Below, piece after piece: positions 1 through 10,649 of a stretch of 64,000 bases of DNA. The DNA lies in NCBI GenBank assembly GCA_963662945.1, contig OY759974.1:992001-1056000 (forward strand). The letters are read 5' to 3'. The stretch comes from Arcobacteraceae bacterium (lineage in GTDB: Bacteria > Campylobacterota > Campylobacteria > Campylobacterales > Arcobacteraceae). Made by a program: the position numbers and the translations under genes. The first letter of the stretch is position 1. The number at the start of each line of letters is the position of its first letter. The notes under the pieces were generated by a model that was not told the DNA's origin, made no database searches, and saw nothing but the letters and a program-made list of their open reading frames with translations.

Positions 1-428
1 AATTAGAATCAAAAAAAGGTTACTTATGTTATGTAATTATGAAGTTAATGTTATCATAAAATGTGATACGCTTGAAGTTGTAAATTGCGACTTCAAGTTT
101 TGAACTGGTCACAATTTTTGACTGCTTAAAAATAAAGTGCTTTTGTGCACTTGAACTTTTATCTAGTCTGTTGTCACTACTTGGTTTGCTTTCCATTCTT
201 TTTGTGCTTTCAGGATTTAGTCGCTTCTCTCCAGCATCAATGAAAAAAAAGAACCCTTGTGCTTGCACTCTCTTTGAGAAAAATTCTTTTTTTAGTTGCT
301 GTCGCCCTCAATTTTCTTTGCTGTTGTTTTGGTTTTTATTGGTATAACAATAGTGCCTGATATCTTTGTCCTTTCAACTTTTCTGAAGTAGAGAATTAAA
401 AAAATAGGATAGAATACAATTATCTATT

Positions 429-743
429 TTATAGACCACTCTTTATTGCTTGTTTAATGATAGGTGCAACTGAATCTGGTGTAATATTTCGTTCTTGACA
501 ATATTTTGATTGAAGCCAAACTGAAAGTTGTTTTTGCCCCTTGCTTGCATTACAACCACAACAACAAAGAGCAATATTTTCTTTTGTAATTATTTTTGCA
601 TCATTAATTATATGTTCCCAACTTGCAGCAGTTTTTTTAGAGATTTTAGTTGGTGTAAATTCAACACCACAATATACACATACTTTATCTCTTAATCTTA
701 TCTCTTGCTCAAGTTCTTTTGGAATATTCCAATTATTAGCCAT
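429..743 (-). CDS. HNH endonuclease (small, stand-alone)
   Basis: RDKVCVYCG ... WEHII ... NIALCCCGCNASKG matches the CxxC / H / N / CxxCN pattern of HNH (McrA-like) nucleases; AAGG-type RBS upstream. Confidence 0.85.
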   Translation of the reverse strand: MANNWNIPKELEQEIRLRDKVCVYCGVEFTPTKISKKTAASWEHIINDAKIITKENIALCCCGCNASKGQKQLSVWLQSKYCQERNITPDSVAPIIKQAIKSGL

Positions 744-802
744 TTTAAATCCTTACTATGTTTGATAAAAATGATTTACAATGATTAGATTTCAAAATAA
801 AT

Positions 803-876
803 CAAGGAAAAAAGAATTTCATTCGTAGGAGCATACTTCAGTATGTGACTAGAATGTAATTCTTTCTAACGCAGAG
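803..876. repeat. Intergenic nested palindromic element (REP/RPE-like)
   Basis: Outer arms aaagaatttcattc (811-824) and gaatgtaattcttt (852-865) with 1 mismatch; inner hairpin gcatac-ttca-gtatgt (831-846); flanked by caagg and aacgcagag. Confidence 0.55.
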
Positions 877-884
877 TTATGAAG

Positions 885-910
885 AAAGGTGATTATTTAA
901 ATCACTTTTT
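885..910 (-). terminator. Probable intrinsic terminator of purH
   Basis: Hairpin gtgatt-attta-aatcac directly after the purH stop, followed by a T-rich tract on the minus strand. Confidence 0.55.
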
Positions 911-2443
911 TTAGTGTAGGAAGTGTCTTTTCCCTGAGAAATACAACGCCATACCGAACTCATTTGCCGCTTGGATAACCTCATCATCTCTCACGCTACC
1001 ACCTGGTTCAATAACACATTTCACACCAGCCTCAGCCGCTGCATCAATACTATCTCTAAATGGAAAAAATGCTTCAGATGCTAGAACTGAACCTGTTGTA
1101 TCAAGTCCCATATCATTTGCTTTTCTAAGTGCTGCTTTTGCTGCATCTACACGTGATGTCATACCCATACCAACAGCTACCATTGCAGAATTTTTTACAT
1201 ACACTACACAGTTTGATTTAGTTAAAGAAGCTACTTTGTAAGCTATCTCCATATCTTTCATCTCTTGCTCAGATGCAGCTCTTGTAGTTTTAAGTTCACT
1301 ATTTGCAACTTCACCATCTTCAACTTTATCGCTATCTTGGTAAACAAATCCACCATCTACGATTTTAAAGTTAAAATCATCGTTTGCAAGTTCTAATTTT
1401 TTTGTACCTTGTTTAAATAGTTTGATTCTATTTTTTCTACTTAGTTCAACTTCTGCTTCTGCTGTAAAATCTGCTGCAAACACAACTTCTAAAAAGATTT
1501 CATTCATCTTTACTGCTAAGTCTAAATCTACTATACCATTAACTGCTACAACTCCACCAAAAGCTGAAACTGGATCACATTTTAGTGCTTCTGTGTAACT
1601 TTCTAATAGTGTATCTTTGATAGCAAATCCACATGGATTTCCATGTTTTACAATACATACTGCGTTATCTTCACCAAAAGCAGATGCTATTTTAGCAGCT
1701 CCTGAGATATCTCCCATATTGTTAAAACTAGCTTCACCTTTTACTGTGATAAATTTACTTGATAGGTGTTTATCAAATTCATATAATGCACCTTTTTGAT
1801 GTGGGTTTTCACCGTATCTTGTATCAAATACTTTCTCACCTACGATAAATTGTTTATCTCCAAATCCACCATTGAATCTTTTGTTCATATAGTTTGCTAT
1901 CATTGAATCATACGCCGCTGTATGTTCATAAGCTTTTATCATCATATCTCTTCTAAACTCAACTGTATTTGTGTCGTTTTTTAGATTGTTAAGAACTAAA
2001 TCATAATCAGCTACATCAGTTACGATGATAACAGAATCGAAGTTTTTAGCAGCACTTCTAACCATAGCAGGTCCACCGATGTCGATGTTTTCAATAATCT
2101 CTTCAAAATCATCTGTTTTTTCAATAGTAGCTTTAAATGGATACAAATTTACACATACTAAATCAATCCCTTCTACACCTAACTCTTTTGCTTGGTCTAA
2201 GTGTGATTGTTTGTCTCTTCTATGTAAGATACCACCATGGATAAATGGATTTAAAGTTTTTACTCTTCCTTCAAAACACTCTGGAAATTTTGTCACTTCG
2301 TTTGCTTCAATTACAGCTATTCCAGCATTTTGTAACGCTTTGTATGTTCCACCTGTACTTATTATCTCATATCCTAAAGATACTAACTCTTTTGCAAAAT
2401 TCTCAACACCACTCTTATCACTAACACTAATTAATGCTCTCAA
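911..2443 (-). CDS. purH: Bifunctional AICAR transformylase/IMP cyclohydrolase
   Basis: [62 protein letters not shown] start. Confidence 0.98.
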   Translation of the reverse strand: MRALISVSDKSGVENFAKELVSLGYEIISTGGTYKALQNAGIAVIEANEVTKFPECFEGRVKTLNPFIHGGILHRRDKQSHLDQAKELGVEGIDLVCVNLYPFKATIEKTDDFEEIIENIDIGGPAMVRSAAKNFDSVIIVTDVADYDLVLNNLKNDTNTVEFRRDMMIKAYEHTAAYDSMIANYMNKRFNGGFGDKQFIVGEKVFDTRYGENPHQKGALYEFDKHLSSKFITVKGEASFNNMGDISGAAKIASAFGEDNAVCIVKHGNPCGFAIKDTLLESYTEALKCDPVSAFGGVVAVNGIVDLDLAVKMNEIFLEVVFAADFTAEAEVELSRKNRIKLFKQGTKKLELANDDFNFKIVDGGFVYQDSDKVEDGEVANSELKTTRAASEQEMKDMEIAYKVASLTKSNCVVYVKNSAMVAVGMGMTSRVDAAKAALRKANDMGLDTTGSVLASEAFFPFRDSIDAAAEAGVKCVIEPGGSVRDDEVIQAANEFGMALYFSGKRHFLH

Positions 2444-2515
2444 TTTTCTTTCCTTTTTTTGAATATTAAATTATTTATTGAAATGAATCATATTTTTATA
2501 ACTCATCTCAACAAA

Positions 2516-3472
2516 TCAACCACCAGTTTCGTAAAAAGCTCTATCAGATTGATTTTCACTTCCCCATTTGTTTTTTTCTGGTTTATTTTGTAATACTTTT
2601 CGTAATATCTCTTTTGCACTATCTATATCTTTTGCTTTTATAGCATCTGCTATACTTAATGCATCTTCAAAATATAAACATGGAATCAAATACCCCTCAG
2701 CTGTAATTCGTAAACGATTACAATCGCTGCAAAAATCATCAAGATGTGGCTCTATGATTCCAAACTTATAACCATCTTCTAAAGTATAACTTTGGGAAGG
2801 GCTATTCCCTTCTCTCTCATTTTTCGTAAAGTTATATTTTGATTTGATAATCTCTTGTATTTGGGCAGAATTAAGACCTTTTTTTACAGAAGCATGGGAA
2901 TTTTCCATAAACTCTATAAATCGTACCTCATATCCTTTTTCTTTACAAAACTCTAATATATCAAGTAGCTCAGTATCGTTTACATCTTTCATAGGAACAC
3001 AGTTGATTTTTACTTTGAGTCCAACATCACTAGCTTTTTGAATACCTGCTAATACATTGGCTAAAACATCTTTTTGTGCTATATGATGTGCAACTTCTGG
3101 TTTAAGACTATCAAGAGAGATATTGATTCTTTTAAGACCTGCTTCTTTTAACTTTTGTGCTGCATCTTCTAGTAAAAAAGCATTTGTAGTAAGAGATAAG
3201 TCAAGATTAGGTGCATAATCAGCTATCATTTTTACAAAGTTTTCAAGCCCATGTCTTAACAGTGGCTCGCCCCCTGTAAGACGAACTTTTTTTACACCCT
3301 CATCAACTGCAACTTTAATAAACTCAAACATATCCTCATAAGATAAAAGCTTCTCATGAGGCACCCAAGAAAATGGTTTCTCAGGCATACAATATTGACA
3401 TCGAAAATTACATCTTTCTGTTACAGAAACTCGTAAGTAGTCTACTTTTCTTCCATGTCCGTCTATTAACAA
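2516..3472 (-). CDS. moaA: GTP 3',8-cyclase (molybdenum cofactor biosynthesis)
   Basis: [19 protein letters not shown] radical-SAM motif, FCSDCNRLR...PCL second cluster, C-terminal GG. Confidence 0.97.
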   Translation of the reverse strand: MLIDGHGRKVDYLRVSVTERCNFRCQYCMPEKPFSWVPHEKLLSYEDMFEFIKVAVDEGVKKVRLTGGEPLLRHGLENFVKMIADYAPNLDLSLTTNAFLLEDAAQKLKEAGLKRINISLDSLKPEVAHHIAQKDVLANVLAGIQKASDVGLKVKINCVPMKDVNDTELLDILEFCKEKGYEVRFIEFMENSHASVKKGLNSAQIQEIIKSKYNFTKNEREGNSPSQSYTLEDGYKFGIIEPHLDDFCSDCNRLRITAEGYLIPCLYFEDALSIADAIKAKDIDSAKEILRKVLQNKPEKNKWGSENQSDRAFYETGG

Positions 3473-3487
3473 ATCTGTATTCGCTTC

Positions 3488-5701
3488 TTATAAATCTTGT
3501 TCAATAATTTTTTTGAAAGTATTAAAATAGATATCTTTTAATGTTGAAACTTCCATATGGATTGTATTGTTAATAGAGAATTCATCTCCACCTACAACAC
3601 CAACATTTGCACAAGTAACACCCATTGAATGAGCCATAGCTTCAAATGCATCACAATTTTTTGGATCAACTTCAACAATTGCTCTACTTAAACTCTCAGC
3701 GAACATATCTCTTTGGTCTAAAAGTACAACATCTACATCTAAACCTTTACTTCCAACTGCTGCCATTTTTGCTAATGCTATCGCTAATCCACCAACACCA
3801 ATATCTTTTGCAGCTACTAGTAAATCTTTTTTGTTTGCTTCAATTACTAAATTCCAAAGATTTAACTCTTTTTCAAAATTTACTTCAGGGTGTGTTCCAG
3901 CTACTTTTCCAAAGATTTTCTTTAAAAATAAACTTCCACCAAACTCACCTTTTGTATCACCTAAAATATAGATAATATTTCCATCTTTTTGTAAAGCACT
4001 TGGTAATACTTTATTCATATCATCATTTACACCAACAGTTGCAATTGCTGGTGTTGGGAAAACTCCCACTCCATTTGTTTCATTGTATAAAGATACATTT
4101 CCACCAATAACAGGAGTATTTAATTCTTTACAAGCTTTTTTAATCCCTTCACAAGACATCATAAATTGCCACATAACTTCTGGGTTTTGTGGGTTTCCAA
4201 AGTTAAGACAATCTGTGATAGCTTTTGGAGTTGCACCAGTCATAGCTACATTTCTTCCAGCTTCCATAACTGCTGCACTACTTCCAAGTTCTGGGTCTAT
4301 ATAACAAAATCTTGTATTACAATCAGCACTCATAGCTAACGCTCGTCCAGTTTCTTTGATACGAATTACTGAACCATCTAGTTTACCAGGACCTTTGATA
4401 GTATTTGTTTGTACCATAGAATCGTATTGTTCATATATCCAAGATTTATCTACAACTTCCATATCGCTTAAAAGTGCTTCAAATGTATCTTCAATATTTA
4501 CATCTTCATCCATAAAATCTACATTTTTGATAGTTTTTAAATATTCTGGTTCTTTCACTGGTCTATCTAAAACAGGAGCTTCTTCTGAAAGTGGTTGGAT
4601 AGGTATATCAGCACATTTTTCACCATGCCAAAATAGTTCCATATTTCCAGTATTTGTAACTTCTCCAATAACAGCAGCATCTAGTTCCCACTTATGGAAA
4701 ATATCAATTACAGCTTGTTCACACCCTTTTTTAGCACAAATAAGCATTCTCTCTTGAGATTCACTTAACATAAAATCATAAGGAGTCATACCCTCTTCTC
4801 TTGCAGGTACTTTATCTAAATGCATAATCATACCAGACCCAGTTCTTCCAGCCATCTCAAAAGAAGAACTAGTAAGTCCTGCAGCACCCATATCTTGAAT
4901 ACCGATAATTAAATCTTTTTTAAATAATTCCATACAAGCTTCAAGTAAAAGCTTCTCTGTAAATGGATCTCCAACTTGAACTGTTGGTCTTTTTGACTCC
5001 GAATCTTCATCAAAAGCAGCTGATGACATAACAGCCCCACCAAGACCATCTCGTCCTGTTTTAGACCCTACATACATTACAGGATTTCCAATACCTTCAG
5101 CACGTCCTAAAAATATCTCATCTGATTTACAAATACCAAGGTTAAAAGCATTTACAAGGTTATTTCCAGCATAACACTCTTCAAAACCGGTTTGTCCACC
5201 AATAGTTGGAACACCCATACAGTTACCATAACCACCAATACCTTCAACAACACCTCTTAGTAAAAATCTATGTTTTTTAGCAGTATCAGTATCTCCATCG
5301 ATTGAAGCAAATTGAATAAGATTTAAAGAAGCAACAGGTCGAGCACCCATTGTAAAAACATCTCTCATAATACCACCAACACCAGTTGCAGCACCTTGAT
5401 ATGGCTCTATAAAACTTGGGTGGTTGTGTGACTCCATTTTAAATACTGCTGCATATCCATCACCAATATCAATAACTCCAGCATTTTCCCCAGGTCCTTG
5501 TATAACCCATGGTGCTTTTGTTGGAAATCCATTTAAGTATTTTTTACTTGATTTATAAGAACAATGTTCAGACCACATAGCAGAGATAATACCTATCTCA
5601 GTATAATTAGGCTCTCGTCCTAAAATCTTCACTGTATTGTGATACTCTTCTTCAGTCATAGAGTGTGCTAATGCTATCTCTAATGGTGTTTGTTGTGACA
5701 T
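3488..5701 (-). CDS. purL: Phosphoribosylformylglycinamidine synthase subunit II
   Basis: [42 protein letters not shown]. Confidence 0.98.
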   Translation of the reverse strand: MSQQTPLEIALAHSMTEEEYHNTVKILGREPNYTEIGIISAMWSEHCSYKSSKKYLNGFPTKAPWVIQGPGENAGVIDIGDGYAAVFKMESHNHPSFIEPYQGAATGVGGIMRDVFTMGARPVASLNLIQFASIDGDTDTAKKHRFLLRGVVEGIGGYGNCMGVPTIGGQTGFEECYAGNNLVNAFNLGICKSDEIFLGRAEGIGNPVMYVGSKTGRDGLGGAVMSSAAFDEDSESKRPTVQVGDPFTEKLLLEACMELFKKDLIIGIQDMGAAGLTSSSFEMAGRTGSGMIMHLDKVPAREEGMTPYDFMLSESQERMLICAKKGCEQAVIDIFHKWELDAAVIGEVTNTGNMELFWHGEKCADIPIQPLSEEAPVLDRPVKEPEYLKTIKNVDFMDEDVNIEDTFEALLSDMEVVDKSWIYEQYDSMVQTNTIKGPGKLDGSVIRIKETGRALAMSADCNTRFCYIDPELGSSAAVMEAGRNVAMTGATPKAITDCLNFGNPQNPEVMWQFMMSCEGIKKACKELNTPVIGGNVSLYNETNGVGVFPTPAIATVGVNDDMNKVLPSALQKDGNIIYILGDTKGEFGGSLFLKKIFGKVAGTHPEVNFEKELNLWNLVIEANKKDLLVAAKDIGVGGLAIALAKMAAVGSKGLDVDVVLLDQRDMFAESLSRAIVEVDPKNCDAFEAMAHSMGVTCANVGVVGGDEFSINNTIHMEVSTLKDIYFNTFKKIIEQDL

Positions 5702-5733
5702 ATTTATTTACCTTAAATATATAATTTTAGAGG

Positions 5734-5739
5734 ATTATA
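5734..5739 (-). promoter_or_regulatory. Putative sigma70 -10 box for purL
   Basis: TATAAT on the minus strand about 33 nt upstream of the purL start. Confidence 0.45.
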
Positions 5740-5788
5740 TCTAAAAAGTTTTTAGGAGATGGTTAAATAAAAATTTAGTAGATTTTTT

Positions 5789-6745
5789 TCATATATTTTC
5801 TAAAAGAATCTTATGAATATTTTCTATTACTATTTGTGAATGTAATATGGAGGTATGGGTTTCATTGTATCCAAATACTTTATAGGCATTCTCTTGTCTT
5901 TCTTGTTTTAATTGACTCTCTAATGATATAACACCATCATTACTAATACCTGCTGTTAAAGTGATTTTCCCTTTATAACCAAAAAACAAATAATGTTTTA
6001 TGATACTTGAAATCTCTTTATGATTAAGTTCATTTAAAAATTCACTTTGTGGTTTCATATCAACCCAATATGGTAAAGTATAGTCTAATGAAGAAGCTCT
6101 ATTGGCTAATTTATCTCCATCCCAAGGTGTAGAAATAGTAATAAATTTTTGAACTACTTTTTGTTCTTGTAAAGTCATTTTTGAAATAACATCTTTCATA
6201 ACCAAACCACCCATACTATGAGCAACAATTGGCATATATTGAAAATGATATTTTTTCATTAGATATGATAATGCATTGTAAATTACTTCTGAACTTTGAG
6301 AAAGTCTCATACCAGAAGCATACGAAACCACAATTATTTGAAATTTATCTTTTAATGTATTAATTAAAGTTTCCCATTCTCGCGGATGCCCACCTGCTCC
6401 ATGAACTAAAACTATTGGAATTTTATTTGAAGAGAAAGAATCTAAAAAATAAACCCCACCGCCAATATTTTCAATAAACTTCATTGGCAACCATAAACCA
6501 GTTTTGCCAAATGAAGGATCAAACCTATAATCATTTAATTCAGTAACTACATCATAAGTAAAATTTTCTCTATAAAATGACAGTTGTTTTTCTATCTGTA
6601 TTGTATTTAACTTTTCATTTTCATTATAATTAAGAGATGCCACTACATCTTGCTTTAAACCTTTAATAGAGTTTACAAATCCACAACCTGTAAAAATACA
6701 AATACCAAAAACAAAAATGCCAATATTTAATAAAAATCTATTCAT
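5789..6745 (-). CDS. Alpha/beta-hydrolase (PGAP1/lipase-like) lipoprotein
   Basis: Lipobox FTGC, VHGAGG oxyanion motif, AHSMGG nucleophile elbow, NDGVI and C-terminal His (ETHTSIL); ATG at 6745 preferred over TTG at 6760. Confidence 0.8.
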   Translation of the reverse strand: MNRFLLNIGIFVFGICIFTGCGFVNSIKGLKQDVVASLNYNENEKLNTIQIEKQLSFYRENFTYDVVTELNDYRFDPSFGKTGLWLPMKFIENIGGGVYFLDSFSSNKIPIVLVHGAGGHPREWETLINTLKDKFQIIVVSYASGMRLSQSSEVIYNALSYLMKKYHFQYMPIVAHSMGGLVMKDVISKMTLQEQKVVQKFITISTPWDGDKLANRASSLDYTLPYWVDMKPQSEFLNELNHKEISSIIKHYLFFGYKGKITLTAGISNDGVISLESQLKQERQENAYKVFGYNETHTSILHSQIVIENIHKILLENI

Positions 6746-6818
6746 CCTATTATTGTACAAAATTGTTTTAAAAAAAGGGTTAAATTATTAGCTTATCAAA
6801 TTTTAAATATAAACATAC

Positions 6819-6824
6819 TATAAT
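6819..6824 (+). promoter_or_regulatory. Putative -10 box for the darAB operon
   Basis: TATAAT about 35 nt upstream of the darA start. Confidence 0.4.
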
Positions 6825-6859
6825 AAATTCAAATTAAGCACTAAGTAAATGGATAGATT

Positions 6860-7816
6860 TTGAAAAAAAAGATTTTAGTTATATCATATTCTCAAACCGG
6901 ACAGCTTGATAATGTTGTCAAAAATTTCATCAAACCTCTTGAACAAAATGAAGATACAATACAAGTAACTTGTAAACATATAGAACCAATTAAACCTTAT
7001 CCTTTTCCGTGGGATGTAATGACATTTATGGACACATTTCCAGAATCAGTGCATCTTAATGGCTGTGAGATTAAAAAATTTGAAAAAGATGAAACAGAAT
7101 ATGATTTGATTATACTTGCTTATCAAGTATGGTTTCTATCTCCATCAATTCCAATAACAGCTTTTTTAAAATCAAACTATGCAAAACAAAAACTTCAAAA
7201 TAAACCTGTCATCACCCTTATTGGATGTAGAAATATGTGGATTATGGCACAAGAGAAAGTTAAAAAACTTTTAAATGATATTGGAGCAAAACTTATTGAT
7301 AATGTTGTATTAATAGATAGAGGAAACTCGCTTGAAACATTTATCACAACTCCTCGTTGGATGTTAACAGGGAAAACCAATTCTTTATGGGGAATGAGTG
7401 AAGCTGGAATTGATCCATTAGAGATAAATAATGCAAATAGATTTGGGAAGGCACTTCTTGAAGCCTTAAGAAATGACAAAGAAAAAGAGTGTATTCCACT
7501 ACTTCAAGGCTTAAAAGCTGTAGAGGTAAATACAAAACTTATACGAAGTGAAAAAATTGCAACAAAAAGTTTTCACATTTGGGGTAAACTTATACAAAAA
7601 CTTGGTGAACCTGGAGATATTAAAAGAAAACCAGTAGTTATATTATATTTAATCTTTTTACTACTTATTATTCTGACCATTGTACCAATTAATATGATTG
7701 TTCAATCAATTTTAAGAAAAATAAATAAAGAGAAAGTACTCCAAGAAAAAGAATACTATGAATTACCCTCTGGTAATGGGGATGAAAGAATAAAGGAATT
7801 TATGATTAATGAATAA
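6860..7816 (+). CDS. darA: Dialkylresorcinol-condensing/aromatase enzyme DarA
   Basis: KILVISYSQTGQL, YPFPW...FMDTFPESV, LAYQVWFLSPSIP, GCRNMWIMAQEKVK, TFITTPRWMLTG; flavodoxin-like fold with C-terminal TM; precedes darB. Confidence 0.88.
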   Translation: MKKKILVISYSQTGQLDNVVKNFIKPLEQNEDTIQVTCKHIEPIKPYPFPWDVMTFMDTFPESVHLNGCEIKKFEKDETEYDLIILAYQVWFLSPSIPITAFLKSNYAKQKLQNKPVITLIGCRNMWIMAQEKVKKLLNDIGAKLIDNVVLIDRGNSLETFITTPRWMLTGKTNSLWGMSEAGIDPLEINNANRFGKALLEALRNDKEKECIPLLQGLKAVEVNTKLIRSEKIATKSFHIWGKLIQKLGEPGDIKRKPVVILYLIFLLLIILTIVPINMIVQSILRKINKEKVLQEKEYYELPSGNGDERIKEFMINE

Positions 7817-8951
7817 TGTATATATCAATCAAATAGAAAAGTTTATGCCTAATGAACCTGTTAGTAATGAGGAGATAGAAGAATATCTTGGATATATTGG
7901 CGGCAAAAAATCAAAAGCTAAGAATATAGTTTTAAAAAGCAATGGAATACAAACACGTTACTATGTCCTTGAAAAAGGAACAGAACGACCACTTTTTTCA
8001 AATGCTCAACTTACAGCTAATGCAATTAAAAAACTTGAAAATGACAAATTTTCTTTAAATGATATAGAATGTCTTGCCTGTGGAACAACATCACCTGATC
8101 AACTTATGCCAAACCATACACTTATGGTACAAGGCGAGTTAAAAATAAATGAGATAGAAACTATAAGTGCAAGTGGAATTTGTCTTAGTGGAATCAATGC
8201 TTTAAAATATATTTATTATGGTATTAAATGTGGTGATTTATCATGTGCAATTGCAACGGGAAGTGAAACTTCTTCTCCAATTTTAAGTGCTAAAAACTTT
8301 CAAAAAGAATCAGAACATCTAATCGATGAACTCAAAAAAAATACAAGTATTGCTTTTGAGAAAGATTTTTTACGATGGATGCTTTCTGATGGTGCAGGAG
8401 CTATGAAACTTGAAAATAAACCAAATGAAAATAAACTTTCTTTAAAGATAGATTTCATAGATGTACTTTCTTATGCAGGTGAAATGCCTGTATGTATGTA
8501 TAGTGGACTTAATGTGGAAGGTAATAAAGTTACATCATGGAGAGCTTATTCACAAGATGAAGTGATGGCGAAATCACTTCTTTCTGTAAAACAAGATGTA
8601 AAACTACTCAATGAAAATATCATTGAATATACAGTAACAAAACCTATTATCAAAATTGCACAAAAAAGGGATTTAACTGCAGAAAAGTTTGATTATTTTC
8701 TACCACATTACTCTTCAACATATTTTAGAGATAAACTTTATGAAGGACTCAAAAAAGCTAATTTTGAAATACCTTACGAAAAATGGTTTACAAATCTTAC
8801 AAAATTTGGAAATACAGGAAGTGCTTCTATGTATATTATGTTAGAAGAACTTTTTAATAGTAATACTTTACAAAAAGGTCAAAAAATTCTTTGCTACATA
8901 CCTGAGAGTGGAAGATTTTCTACTGCATTCATGGCTTTAGAGGTAGTATGA
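7809..8951 (+). CDS. darB: StlD/DarB-family KSIII ketosynthase
   Basis: FMPNEPVSNEEIEEYLG, catalytic C in SGICLSG, FEKDFLRWMLSDGAGA, H in FLPHYSS, N in GNTGSAS, PESGRFS. Confidence 0.92.
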   Translation: MNNVYINQIEKFMPNEPVSNEEIEEYLGYIGGKKSKAKNIVLKSNGIQTRYYVLEKGTERPLFSNAQLTANAIKKLENDKFSLNDIECLACGTTSPDQLMPNHTLMVQGELKINEIETISASGICLSGINALKYIYYGIKCGDLSCAIATGSETSSPILSAKNFQKESEHLIDELKKNTSIAFEKDFLRWMLSDGAGAMKLENKPNENKLSLKIDFIDVLSYAGEMPVCMYSGLNVEGNKVTSWRAYSQDEVMAKSLLSVKQDVKLLNENIIEYTVTKPIIKIAQKRDLTAEKFDYFLPHYSSTYFRDKLYEGLKKANFEIPYEKWFTNLTKFGNTGSASMYIMLEELFNSNTLQKGQKILCYIPESGRFSTAFMALEVV

Positions 8952-9349
8952 AACAGATCACAATTCCCCAAGAGGAAAATAGTACTTTAAATGGCTATCA
9001 AAAGGTAATGTATGCACCTAATTCAAATGGTGAGTTTCAAACATTTAATTACGGAAGTCATGTAGAAGAGTACGCAACAAAACTTGCAGTGGAAGAATAT
9101 GAAATACTTAAGCAAGAATGTTTAGAAAATATTAAAAATAATATATCTTCACCAATTGAATATTATATGTATCACAATAGAATGGATATACCAACTTTAG
9201 CTTCTGTTGTTGGTTTTTTTCAATTTAGAGTTAAAAGACACTTACAAGCAAAACATTTTAAAAAACTCAATGATAAAATTCTTCAAAAATATAGTGATGT
9301 TTTTGGTATAACACTTGATCAACTAAAAGGTTTTAATAATGGAAAATAA
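8948..9349 (+). CDS. Conserved dar-cluster protein with possible C-terminal XRE-type HTH
   Basis: ATGA-coupled to darB; SPIEYYM...MDIPTLASVVG...RVKRHL...LQKYSDVFGITLDQLK resembles an HTH-like helix pattern. Confidence 0.55.
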   Translation: MKQITIPQEENSTLNGYQKVMYAPNSNGEFQTFNYGSHVEEYATKLAVEEYEILKQECLENIKNNISSPIEYYMYHNRMDIPTLASVVGFFQFRVKRHLQAKHFKKLNDKILQKYSDVFGITLDQLKGFNNGK

Positions 9350-10331
9350 TTTTAAGCACAATCAATTTGCACATTGTGAAAGTGGCGTAATATCAACATT
9401 ATTATCAAACTATGGTCTAAAAATAAGTGAACCTATGGCATTTGGAATTACACATTCTTTATCATTTTTTTACTTTCCTCTAATCAAGCTTAACAATATG
9501 CCATTAATTGCATATAGGGAAATACCAAAAAACATTATCAAAAATATTGATAAAAGACTTGGTGTAAAAATTTATAAAAAACAATATAATGAGCCAATAG
9601 TGGCAAATGATGAACTTACTCGTTTAGTTGTTGATGAAAAAAAACTTGTTGGTCTACAAACATCTGTTTACTACCTTCCATATATGCCAGAAGATATGAG
9701 ATTTCATTTTAATGCACATAACTTACTTGTATATGGGAAAGAAGACGATGAGTATCTTATTTCAGACCCTGTATTTGAAGATGTAGTAAGAGCAAATGAA
9801 AATAAATTAACAATTGCAAGATTTGCAAAAGGGGTTTTTGCACCCAAAGGATTTTTATATTATCCTAAAAGTATTCCTCAAAATATTGATTATGAAACTA
9901 TACTCAAAAAATCAATCAAAAAAAATGCAAAAACGATGACAACACCCTTCCCTTTTGCTGGAGTTAAAGGGATGAGAAAACTAGCAAATGCTGTTGAAAG
10001 AATTCAAAACAATCCAAATGAACGATATGTAAAAAACTATCTTACACATATTGTTCGTATGCAAGAGGAGATAGGCACTGGTGGCGGTGGTTTTAGATTC
10101 TTATACTCTGCATTTTTACAAGAAGCAACACAGTATAATTTAGATAAACAAAAACTACAAACAGCAAGTGAACTTATCACACAATCAGGAGATATACTTA
10201 GAGAATTTGCTCTAAGATGTGTAATGGGTGCAAAACATATTGACAAATTAGATTCAAAAGAGATTGCTACATTTTTAATTGAAGCATCAAAAATAGAAGA
10301 GGAAGCTTTTACAATTTTAAAGTCAATCTAA
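9339..10331 (+). CDS. BtrH N-terminal domain protein (papain/C39-like fold, DUF4872)
   Basis: AHCESG (Cys), FHFNAHNLLVYG (His), ISDPVF (Asp), MQEEIGTGGGGFRFLYSAFL. Confidence 0.82.
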   Translation: MENNFKHNQFAHCESGVISTLLSNYGLKISEPMAFGITHSLSFFYFPLIKLNNMPLIAYREIPKNIIKNIDKRLGVKIYKKQYNEPIVANDELTRLVVDEKKLVGLQTSVYYLPYMPEDMRFHFNAHNLLVYGKEDDEYLISDPVFEDVVRANENKLTIARFAKGVFAPKGFLYYPKSIPQNIDYETILKKSIKKNAKTMTTPFPFAGVKGMRKLANAVERIQNNPNERYVKNYLTHIVRMQEEIGTGGGGFRFLYSAFLQEATQYNLDKQKLQTASELITQSGDILREFALRCVMGAKHIDKLDSKEIATFLIEASKIEEEAFTILKSI

Positions 10332-10394
10332 TTCGATAATAAGTAAGTATGTTATAAAATATCGCAGTAATTAATAGAAAAAAAAAGGTAATAA

Positions 10395-10649
10395 ATGGTA
10401 AGTAATACAGAGTTAAAAGAGGTTTTAATTAAATATCTAAATCTTGAAGATATAGAAGCTAATGAGATAGATGATAACGATCCATTATTTGGAGATGATG
10501 GTTTGGGTTTAGATTCTGTTGATTCTATCGAACTTGTTTTAGCTATTGAAAAAGAGTATGGTGTAAAAATTACCGATTCAACACAATACGATAAAATATT
10601 TGCAACAATCTCATCTCTTTTAAACTATATCAATGACAATAAAAAATAA
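10395..10649 (+). CDS. Acyl carrier protein 1
   Basis: Acidic 84 aa protein with PLFGDDGLGLDSVDSIEL phosphopantetheine motif. Confidence 0.93.
   Translation: MVSNTELKEVLIKYLNLEDIEANEIDDNDPLFGDDGLGLDSVDSIELVLAIEKEYGVKITDSTQYDKIFATISSLLNYINDNKK

Noticed and set aside
29-268. 79-aa ORF on the minus strand
   Set aside because: No recognisable motif or RBS, a GTG start and odd composition; more likely non-coding.
6863-10386. Poly-A tracts (A8 at the darA start, A9 before ACP1) as phase-variation switches
   Set aside because: A8-A9 runs are common in DNA this AT-rich, the ORFs are intact, and no long poly-G/C tract of the Campylobacter contingency type was seen.
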